IMG/VR virus record: IMGVR_UViG_3300037400_005963
Location: 1 to 64,000 of that record
Direction: 5' to 3' (one strand)
DNA from: a virus
Taxonomy: Duplodnaviria > Caudoviricetes
Length of the DNA stretch: 64,000 nucleotides
The notes under the pieces were generated by a model. That model was not told the origin of the DNA, ran no database searches, and was given only the letters and a program-made list of their open reading frames with translations. Positions 42,501 through 49,271 of this stretch are shown here, in pieces. The position numbers and the translations under genes were made by a program. Each line of letters begins with the position of its first letter. Within the stretch, counting starts at the first letter, position 1.

Positions 42501-45500
42501 TTCCTTGTAGACTCAAATCCTTTCTTAGTCCACCGTGTTTTTCATCATTAAGAAAATCTTTTTCTTCGGTGAACGGTAATCGATCTTTTCTAATGTAACC
42601 AAGTCGAGTTAATCTCTTCCTAAGTCCTCTATCTCTTCGTAATCTTCCTTCATAGTGAAAGAATAATTTTTCTAGAGTATATGGATCCTGGTCAGATATT
42701 GTTTTCCCATCAGATAGTATAAAATCTCTTAGACCCTCCTCACTGAAATAAATTTTCTCTTCGGTATCAGTTTCTTGATCATAGATTACATAACCATCAT
42801 CTAAGAGTTCATACCTAAGACCTTCTTTGGTATAAAAGAATTTCTCTTCAGTGTTCGAGTCTTGATCTTTTATAGCATGTCCATCTTTTAGGAGAGTATC
42901 ACGTAAACCCTCATCCTTTAGATAGTTTTTTTCCTCAGTATTCGAGTCTTGATCCTTTTTGGGGTATCCATCCTCTGGGAGAGTATCACGTAAACCTTCT
43001 TCCGAGAATAAAACTTTTTCTTCTGTACCTGCGGCTTGATCATAGATAGTATAACCATCTTTTTGAAGTTCATATCTAAGACCTTCCTTGGTATAAAATA
43101 TTTTCTGATCCGCGTTCGGTTCTTGATCGGGAAGAATATATCCATCACGGACTAGTAATTCCTTAAGACCTTTTTCTGCGAATTCATATTTTTCTACAGT
43201 TTCTGAATTTTGATCATAAACAATATACCCATCCTTCTGTATTTCAACAACAAACCCTTCTTTATTAAGATAGATTTTACTGTCACTTTGAGAATATTGA
43301 TCATTTAATACAAAACCACTGTCCTTTAGTGACTGAACTAAACCTTCTTCCGAGAAGAAAATTTTCTCTTCAGTTCCTGCATTTTGATCATAGACAATAT
43401 ATCCATCACTTTGAAGTTCATATAATAATCCTTCTTCGCCAAAATATATTTTTCTAGTGGTATCCGATTTTTGATCATATATTGTATATCCATCTTCCTG
43501 AAGTTCATATTTTAAACCATCCTCATCAAAATATATTTTAGAATCAGTCAATGGATTTTGATCACTGATAAAATGACCGTCCGATTCTAAAGCATTTCTA
43601 AGGTGTTCTGGTTCTTGAACAGAAGATTCTACTGGAGAATCTACGTAACTAGACAAATCTAATGGATTTTCTCCGAGTGATAATTTATCTATCTCATCCG
43701 AGAGTTGATCTTCTCTAGGATTGTTCAGAATTTCATCTTTTGATAAATTAGTTGGTAAGATTGTGGTTTTTTCATCAACATCTATTTTATCTAAAACATT
43801 ATCTAAGTCTAAATCCTCTTCACTATCATCTAATTTATCTAATACGTCGCTTAGACTAACTTCCTCTGAACTTTCTCTCAGCTTATCGAGAGTTAATCCC
43901 AGGGTTAATGAATCATCGTCAACGTTTGTTATTCCATCTAATACAGTCTCTAAACTATTAATACCTGAATCAGGAATATCCAAACTATCAACAGATTTGT
44001 CTAACTTCGACTCAGAATCGTCTATTACATAGCTGATTTTATTTTTGTCTAATTCTATATCAGAATCTACATTATTTAAATCAACCCTCTCGTCTCCAAG
44101 AGATAAATTTAATTTTTTATCTCCTTTTGGGAAATCTGGTGAAGCTGCATCTAATGGTGGATCTATAGTATCCCCAATAGGCTTGTCTACAAAAGAATCT
44201 AAATCTTTAACTCCAGTATCAATTAATTTTCCAGACTTATCTAAAAATTTGTCTAACTCTACCTGTTTACTATTCTCTATAGTTCCTTCTTTAGAAATTT
44301 TATTTTCTAATTCCAGATCTGATTTTTTAGTATTTGGTATTATTTCTTTATTTTCTTCAAGACTAGATCCCTTATCTGCTTTAATTGATTCCCGATATCT
44401 TGAAAGTTCTTCTTCAACTTCGTGTCGAAAGGGGACTTCTTGTCTCTCCTCCCCGAGAGACGCGTCTTTTTTAGGTATATCTATAGTATCGAGGGTATCA
44501 CTAAGATTCACCTCGTCATTTTGTGACATCTCAATTGGACTATCTAAGAACGAATTGAGTTGTGTTTCTTGAATAGTTCCTCGTACTATCTCTTTATCAC
44601 CGTTAAGCTTATCTATTTTTTCAACTCCGCGGATTTTATTAAGAATTCGTTTTCCCAAAGATTGTTCTTTTGGTGGATTTTCAATAAATTCCTTATTTTT
44701 TGGTAACTCATTGAAAGAATTCTCAACATTATCAACTTTTTCTAAATCACTGGATAATTTTTGGGGAGTTTGATCCTCAGACTTAATAATATTATCTAGA
44801 TAAGACGATAAATCTACTTTCCCCGAAGGCTTAAAATCAACTGTTTCTAAAGTTTGACTTAATTTTTCTGGTTTTTTAAAAGGATCGTGGATTCTTTCCA
44901 AACTTTTTCCTAATTCAGTTTCCTTCTCATCCTTCAGAACTTTATCCAATGTATTACTTAACGTGATCTCCTCAAGGGGATTTTTAATTTTATCTACTTC
45001 ACTTGATAAAACTGTTTTTTCTTTTACCCCACCTATTTTATCTAAGTCATTGGTAAGAACGACTTTCTTCTCTTCTCCAGAAAGACGATCCACTTCCTCA
45101 GATAAAACGTTTTCCTCCCCTGATAATTTTAAATTTTCAATCGATTTAGATAAAGAATCACTTTTCTTCTCTCCGCGAATCTTCTCTAAAGAATTAGATA
45201 AGATTTCTGAATCAGTTTTCTTATTTAATTTTTCAACTGAATCGGATAAGGTGGGATTTTTTTCTACGGCGGATATTTTCTCAACCGTACTTGATAACTT
45301 CTGTGATTCTTTAGTATTTCCTCCTATTTTCTCTACGTTGTTGGATAGAGAATTGGATTCCTTATTTCCTCCTATCTTCTCTACGTTGTTGGATAGAGAA
45401 TCGGATTCCTTATTTTCTCCTGAAATCTTAATCAGTTCATTGGTTAAAGATTCTTCTCCACTAAGAAACTGAATCTTATCAATAGAACTACTAAGTGATT

Positions 45501-45816
45501 CCAAGCTATCATTATTTCCTTCGAGCCTTACCCGCATCTGATCCAAGCGACTAAGTTTCTCGACGTCGATGGTTTCTTTCGTACCGGGCAAGTTTAAAAG
45601 GGGATTCTCACCTCCCATAAGTTTTTCCCTACTGGTATCTAGATGAGCTTTTTCTTCCCGATACGAAGGATCCATCATTTGACTCTCAGTTTCAAGCTCA
45701 GTTCTTTCTTCGAGATCTTCTTTTAGTGCACGAAGATATTTCTTTAAAGCACTAATCTCTTCTGGCTTGGTAAACTGATCACAATTCTCAGTATTATTCT
45801 TCTGTTCTTCTGTCAT
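36535..45816 (-). CDS. Giant acidic repeat protein with C-terminal tail-tube-like domain and basic tail
   Basis: 3093 aa; tandem ~16-aa, ~28-29-aa and ~50-aa repeats; C-terminal ELRLTLVDDSYKSFRQFF...LELSFSIVGE resembles the tube fold. Confidence 0.7.
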   Translation of the reverse strand: MTEEQKNNTENCDQFTKPEEISALKKYLRALKEDLEERTELETESQMMDPSYREEKAHLDTSREKLMGGENPLLNLPGTKETIDVEKLSRLDQMRVRLEGNNDSLESLSSSIDKIQFLSGEESLTNELIKISGENKESDSLSNNVEKIGGNKESNSLSNNVEKIGGNTKESQKLSSTVEKISAVEKNPTLSDSVEKLNKKTDSEILSNSLEKIRGEKKSDSLSKSIENLKLSGEENVLSEEVDRLSGEEKKVVLTNDLDKIGGVKEKTVLSSEVDKIKNPLEEITLSNTLDKVLKDEKETELGKSLERIHDPFKKPEKLSQTLETVDFKPSGKVDLSSYLDNIIKSEDQTPQKLSSDLEKVDNVENSFNELPKNKEFIENPPKEQSLGKRILNKIRGVEKIDKLNGDKEIVRGTIQETQLNSFLDSPIEMSQNDEVNLSDTLDTIDIPKKDASLGEERQEVPFRHEVEEELSRYRESIKADKGSSLEENKEIIPNTKKSDLELENKISKEGTIENSKQVELDKFLDKSGKLIDTGVKDLDSFVDKPIGDTIDPPLDAASPDFPKGDKKLNLSLGDERVDLNNVDSDIELDKNKISYVIDDSESKLDKSVDSLDIPDSGINSLETVLDGITNVDDDSLTLGLTLDKLRESSEEVSLSDVLDKLDDSEEDLDLDNVLDKIDVDEKTTILPTNLSKDEILNNPREDQLSDEIDKLSLGENPLDLSSYVDSPVESSVQEPEHLRNALESDGHFISDQNPLTDSKIYFDEDGLKYELQEDGYTIYDQKSDTTRKIYFGEEGLLYELQSDGYIVYDQNAGTEEKIFFSEEGLVQSLKDSGFVLNDQYSQSDSKIYLNKEGFVVEIQKDGYIVYDQNSETVEKYEFAEKGLKELLVRDGYILPDQEPNADQKIFYTKEGLRYELQKDGYTIYDQAAGTEEKVLFSEEGLRDTLPEDGYPKKDQDSNTEEKNYLKDEGLRDTLLKDGHAIKDQDSNTEEKFFYTKEGLRYELLDDGYVIYDQETDTEEKIYFSEEGLRDFILSDGKTISDQDPYTLEKLFFHYEGRLRRDRGLRKRLTRLGYIRKDRLPFTEEKDFLNDEKHGGLRKDLSLQGKPGSDKDFNTEEKRYFRREGLIDTLVPDGELEEDRYLTAQKHQVNEKNRLEDSLEKDGLLQSDQDPNTEEKLYLDDNGLNDRGLRKVLPEGGTLLIDLINSVEKSYLEEKGFKTKLNKDGFIEKDSIRTEEKYRLETEKILGDSIPGDGTVISDQRPDTDPKKILNYEISLNDKGLTSSLEKYGKPREDDETTEEKRKYKVNGLSEILPKLGKRSGDRNSTKEKHKLQKGLFRKEFLPEALVLRDQNSHTDLKELLKNSRLPKKLSKDEKVLVDQEPKTREKYILREEGLEKKLRETEKSIKDQNLDTPDKNKLARDELTQEISWDGYIIDQSENSPIKIDLKSGRLRDELDPTGKSISDQNSNTPEKEYFNYEGNGRGLRKELSKEGKIIADQDSNTPEKEFLNYEGRYHDKGLKKKLPEDGYTLKDQEIETQEKRRLKEEGLAKELTSQELSIEDQDSGTEEKKYLRNTGLKTELETDGLITEDQLSDEKQKSQLRHGHLESNLKSDGYILSDQNSNTDQKNFFERDGLRSELELDGHVLEDQNQPSPIKTDLDSGKLRENLETDGLVLEDQSQPSSIKTDLNSGKLRNELELDGLVLEDQSDPSSIKNDLNSGKLRDELESDGIVGEDYTTSPIKDDLNSGKLRDELELDGLIEEDHTTSSIKDDFNSGILRDELASDGLIERDHTSSSIKDDLNSGILRDSLEEDGKTIQTNPEGDAVAIAFDDLARDSESLDEGSSKSLYDELILKRAEEQKQYIRSDQNPDTKIKEDLYERDQLRDYLETGGLIEQDHTTSSIKDDLNSGILRDSLEEDGKTEVDHITSAIKDDLNSGILRDSLEEDGKTVPTAGPEKPQINQLAVILDDLARGAYGELSESQLKSLYDFFLDFRGEAAKERVREDQIRYSVDGTIGKQFDPDHEPLPDAVLGVRRGEVYDKDGNVLDDPDKVESLRHTLEDDGKTVRTVGPEKPGIDQLAVILDDLVRNGDLSVGGLKELFNELLLKRAQQDYQGTISDQNPNTDAKDRLRNEENRDFPLTDLPLEEDGKIRPTIGTDKPQIDPLAVTLDNYARDNGSLTDEQAEQLYNNLLLTRAEQTRDELGRTLGMDKPGVDPLAIILDNFIRDSENFSEEELENLFNYWIQNRANSEISGIPIIDGDADSVAITLDNLRRGKTPLTEEQAKEVFEDLLVKRAEEQIKTGGKLPKSLAPRTEYSVKGPVAGQRSDKTRDYDYYFDPDSEKDLEVLTNAFKARAEHHVQKYSSYLLNYASSKDLGGWGQKLQSLLSKFTSSDLSATQVTRIEEDIKNLAKEYYKGEGKIYTTYSHMPGDLSAMLNANDYLRFIADEVRRGYNALNTKGQFWRTLDNFTGMKEHSVDMILWALIKARDMRDEVLKINRSRLPDSNVTQFSKSAEGDILDNARGLLASTVENATINLNAYFNDGRYVSKPDKSKPFNRPKKRDAEDPWKAQDIYTKTVTDFINERFEKKERPTPPGNDWRNTLGWTDPNMRISKEIDTSNLANKDGTVNLKSILKRSFVEAFNPDVKADLNSEINYFFKDQYMRGTGMWTTLEELTDSGYSEETIMTPSTFNQAIIDSSLMSHPGKYTKFRSLVDDMDDGTVWTLDSNSYWEVTIEPYLGWDNGYCSYLPSVEEMNAKNWIQHNVITSYNRWFPVVDFDLSRAKMNMKSLGIYDGEINFPGGIEFTNELRLTLVDDSYKSFRQFFEKSMYVSVYSSEIHKSQYYGYDNSEKFLGIQETFPDGLFTVENCKIDGKDGSYTIFNARGNKRINDVSYKVSPEIFDRARMIGIPNPNMITAVDKTSPCLALYKNITFRIKIYVFTPQLSTINRYDLLCVLKDMSEERKGSIEGSGDELELSFSIVGENPNPRWDLDRSKFTQEEAAWKNSPPKEEKKPEEKQKKDKKKESQKKDQKKDQKKDQKKPSTKKPSKRDNQTKPKKKETNRYRDSSQKHGGTYRTPPRGKTSKGGLAMD
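36688..36734. repeat. 12-bp tandem repeat (TTTCTTCTGATC, ~4 copies) encoding (KKDQ)n
   Basis: Read directly from the sequence. Confidence 0.85.
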
Positions 45817-46244
45817 GCAAGTGTTTCTATGATACTCATCAAGGTGTAAGCAAAGATAGTATCCGCAGTTTCACTGTAACCCTGTTTTAGGGATATTTTA
45901 AAACGGAATGTTCTCCCTGCTCTCGTATATTGTAATTCATCACCAACTTCTAATGACCCATCGTCTGTTATCGCCTCCAATGAATCTCTATTTCGATTCC
46001 AAACATCCTTCATGTCATTCATGTTTATTAAGAGAGTCGTAGTTAGTTGGTCATAATCATTCTCTAGCGTACTTTCAGAACTATATGAACCTCCAAAGAC
46101 ATTCTTCCATTTCGAGTTATCTTTAGGTCTAAGAACAACGAAATTTGTCCCTATTAAAGCTAATTGGGCCTTAATAGTTCCTAGAGCAGCCTGATAAAAT
46201 TTCCCAGACTTATCTAAAAGCTGAGAGGCCATATTTTCTGCCAT
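45813..46244 (-). CDS. Head closure / neck protein (putative)
   Basis: 143 aa with LEVGDELQYTRAGRTFRFKI, typical of head-tail joining beta-barrels; near the neck gene. Confidence 0.5.
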   Translation of the reverse strand: MAENMASQLLDKSGKFYQAALGTIKAQLALIGTNFVVLRPKDNSKWKNVFGGSYSSESTLENDYDQLTTTLLINMNDMKDVWNRNRDSLEAITDDGSLEVGDELQYTRAGRTFRFKISLKQGYSETADTIFAYTLMSIIETLA

Positions 46245-46248
46245 ATTT

Positions 46249-46611
46249 TTATTGAATATCTACTATTGCACAAAAATCCGCCTCATCAATAATAAAATCA
46301 ACTAATTTAACATATTGTGAAAGCGTAAGGGTCCCCATTATCTCGATAGTTCTTACTTTCTTTTTATCGCTTGAGACACCCAATCTAGTTCGAAGAAACC
46401 TAGCTTCACGTCTTAAGAAATCATCTATCCTATAAAGTTCGTCATCCATTTCTTCTGGGATATAGATAGTTGCGTTTTTAAGATCTCCAGTTATTCCAAT
46501 TACATCACTAGGTATCTTATCATAAACTTCATAGTCATCAATTCTTTCTCGATCTAGTTTATCTGTTATCTTATCTAACATAGAAAAGAATTTATTTCTT
46601 AGGACTATCAT
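46249..46611 (-). CDS. Leader-bearing putative internal head protein (paralogue-domain family)
   Basis: MIVLRNKFFS leader. Confidence 0.6.
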   Translation of the reverse strand: MIVLRNKFFSMLDKITDKLDRERIDDYEVYDKIPSDVIGITGDLKNATIYIPEEMDDELYRIDDFLRREARFLRTRLGVSSDKKKVRTIEIMGTLTLSQYVKLVDFIIDEADFCAIVDIQ

Positions 46612-47825
46612 ACTTTATCTTCGTAAATGTTTGGTTTTCCTAATTTTAAAATTTTTCCGAGAAGTATTCTAAATTCCTGGTCATTTTGAATAGCATAAGT
46701 ATACATTTCAACTTTTCCAAATTCAGACTTATTAAAGTACTTAGAAAGATCTTTCATTTTAATTTTTCCACCCTTTAACACAGTAACAATAAATAAACCT
46801 TGTGAAATGGAAATATTAAAATCAGACTTTTTCTCTCCTCTTGTATAATGGAATCCCTCAATAAATCTAAGCCGTTGTAGTGTATCTAAGAGATATTGAT
46901 TATTTATGTCACCCCTAGCACCAAGAATTCCCAACTTCTGAAGATCATTCTTATGTAATCTATCTAACCCCTGAACTATAACTCCCATTGCAGAATAAGG
47001 GATTATGTTTCTCAATTTGTCAGGAGTGAATCTTCCGACTCCTTTTAATACATTGATCAAATCTTGTTTTTCTATTCCTAGACTGTAAGTTTTTTCAACT
47101 TCACCTTCATTAGTAGTTTCATTAATTGATTCCCTAATTCTAGAATCTACTATTGCATTATTATCCAGGAGATTTACTTTAGTTGATAATGTATTAGCTA
47201 GTTCGATAATAAAATTACTTAAAACATATACATTCGTAAATGCAATATCTGCAGCATACGAATTCACACCAGAGTTAATAGTTCTGGATGAATACTCCAT
47301 TCCAAAATATTTTTTGCAATAGTAATCAAGAATTTCATTAACTTTATCTAGCTCACCGGAAGTAAGTCCTAACGTATACATAGTAACTTGATCTCGATGA
47401 ATGGCAATATTTATTTTATACTTAGATACATCTCGATCATTGAAACTAAACCTATCACTTAATTTAGTTCTTTTATCGAAAGTATCACCTACGGTTACAC
47501 CTGCCATTCTAAAAATACCAAACTGTCTGCGAATATTTCTATCAACGTCCTGATATTTAACCGAAGTCATGGGCTTATGTATATGATTTAAGAACATTTT
47601 GTGAACAATTCCTCCAATACTTCCCCATTTTGCGCCAGACCAAGCGCCTTCCATCATAGAGATATCATCACTTTTGTTCAATTTTCCATAAGCTCCTCCA
47701 ATAACGGTGCCTACTAAAGTATCTTTTCCAATTACTTCAAGAGCTCCTGGAACTTTATCCATATCTTTTGGTCCAGTATAGTGTCCTTCCTGAAGTGTAT
47801 ATTCTTTCTGTCTAAATTTTATCAT
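46608..47825 (-). CDS. Leader-bearing putative internal head protein (Gly-zipper plus two paralogue domains)
   Basis: MIKFRQKEYT leader; internal EKTYS site. Confidence 0.65.
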   Translation of the reverse strand: MIKFRQKEYTLQEGHYTGPKDMDKVPGALEVIGKDTLVGTVIGGAYGKLNKSDDISMMEGAWSGAKWGSIGGIVHKMFLNHIHKPMTSVKYQDVDRNIRRQFGIFRMAGVTVGDTFDKRTKLSDRFSFNDRDVSKYKINIAIHRDQVTMYTLGLTSGELDKVNEILDYYCKKYFGMEYSSRTINSGVNSYAADIAFTNVYVLSNFIIELANTLSTKVNLLDNNAIVDSRIRESINETTNEGEVEKTYSLGIEKQDLINVLKGVGRFTPDKLRNIIPYSAMGVIVQGLDRLHKNDLQKLGILGARGDINNQYLLDTLQRLRFIEGFHYTRGEKKSDFNISISQGLFIVTVLKGGKIKMKDLSKYFNKSEFGKVEMYTYAIQNDQEFRILLGKILKLGKPNIYEDKV

Positions 47826-47830
47826 AATAT

Positions 47831-48385
47831 TTAATTCACCATTATTGACGATAATACGGGAACACCTGCAGATGCACCCAAAAGCATCTTTCCTGCATCT
47901 TCTATAGCCGAAGGTACATTATATCTCCAAAATCTCTTTCCCCTTGAAACTAAAGGACTAGAATTTTCTACAGTTATTGGTGGAGTTTTTAGAGGTTTTC
48001 TGATAAGACTTCCTGCACCCTTAGTCACATTGCTATAAGCAGGAACACTTTTCTTTAATGCATTTTCAACGGGCTTTGCTACAAGTGCAGTTCCTGGAAG
48101 AGGCACAGCTAATCCAGCAGTTGCAATGGGATTTTCAACGACGGTAGCTATGGTATTTCTAGCTGCCTGTTTAGGATCAGTTATAACTAAATTCTTAGCG
48201 TACTTAATCTTATTTTTCTGTTCAATGGTCTTTCTCATTACCCCTACCCTGCTTAAAGCAGTCTTTTCTTTTGAGGCAGGTAAAAATGCATCCTTAATCT
48301 TGGCTCCCAAGTTTCCAATTTGATTTTTCTTAAATAGTAACTTAGTGCCAAGGGAAGAATATTCTTTTTGTCTAAATTTTATCAT
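47831..48385 (-). CDS. Leader-bearing basic protein
   Basis: MIKFRQKEYS leader; hydrophobic segments. Confidence 0.6.
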   Translation of the reverse strand: MIKFRQKEYSSLGTKLLFKKNQIGNLGAKIKDAFLPASKEKTALSRVGVMRKTIEQKNKIKYAKNLVITDPKQAARNTIATVVENPIATAGLAVPLPGTALVAKPVENALKKSVPAYSNVTKGAGSLIRKPLKTPPITVENSSPLVSRGKRFWRYNVPSAIEDAGKMLLGASAGVPVLSSIMVN

Positions 48386-48400
48386 ACTATAGCAATTAAA

Positions 48401-49201
48401 TTAATATAATAATTCACCGTACCAACCTGATTGAAGTGCATATTGATCACACCTCGCTCTTAATTCTTGGTAAGCTACGTCAACATTCGCTAATACGTCA
48501 ACTGACATATTTGGTAACTGTAACGCAGCCTTAAGTTGTCGAATATAGTCTAGTAGATGAACCATAACTAGATCCATAAAATAATTTCCACGGGCACCAC
48601 CAGTCTCTACATCCATCCAATAAATTGCTCCACGTTCTGAGGCACTATTGAATTTTTTATCTTTTGTAAAATCAGGAACAATGGGACGAGCACAACAACC
48701 TTTAATATAAATATTAGATAACATTGTATTACCTGTTCCCCACATCATACCAAGGTCTCCTACGTAAACATAAGGGGCTTGATAGTCTGTAAAACTGGTA
48801 TATGCATTAGGAAGAGGTGTTGATGCTCCACCATAGTAATTATTTAAATTAGTGGTTACTCCTACATCACCAACTCTCCAAGATGGTAATGATGTTGGGA
48901 GTAAAATAATTTGATGTTCTGAGATAATACAATCAAGGTATAATGTAAAATTGGGTTTAATTTCTGCCCAACCAGGCCTACCATAACAGGTACATAATTG
49001 TGCAGCATTAACCGGCATCTCTAAGATTAGTGGACAGGTTAATTCAAATTCACGAAGCGCTTTTTTGTATATCTCAAGAAGCACCTCATCACCTGTAATT
49101 CCTTCATTTATACTCAAAAAGGAATCTAGTCCGGTAATTCCTAAGAGGGTGCTTCGAATATGGACCTTCTTAGTTAAGTCCGAAAGTGATGTTTTAAGCA
49201 T
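48401..49201 (-). CDS. Neck / head-tail adaptor protein (gp13-like), putative
   Basis: 266 aa; N-terminal helices and C-terminal LLDYIRQLKAALQLPNMSVDV...YQEL pattern typical of adaptors. Confidence 0.6.
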   Translation of the reverse strand: MLKTSLSDLTKKVHIRSTLLGITGLDSFLSINEGITGDEVLLEIYKKALREFELTCPLILEMPVNAAQLCTCYGRPGWAEIKPNFTLYLDCIISEHQIILLPTSLPSWRVGDVGVTTNLNNYYGGASTPLPNAYTSFTDYQAPYVYVGDLGMMWGTGNTMLSNIYIKGCCARPIVPDFTKDKKFNSASERGAIYWMDVETGGARGNYFMDLVMVHLLDYIRQLKAALQLPNMSVDVLANVDVAYQELRARCDQYALQSGWYGELLY

Positions 49202-49212
49202 ATAATTAAAAT

Positions 49213-49251
49213 AGAGTAGTGCCTAAAGATTGACTCAAAAGACACTACTCT
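49213..49251 (-). terminator. Stem-loop after the sheath gene, probable terminator
   Basis: AGAGTAGTG...CACTACTCT inverted repeat followed by ATTTTAAT on the minus strand. Confidence 0.65.
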
Positions 49252-49271
49252 TTAATATTGATTAAAGTTCT

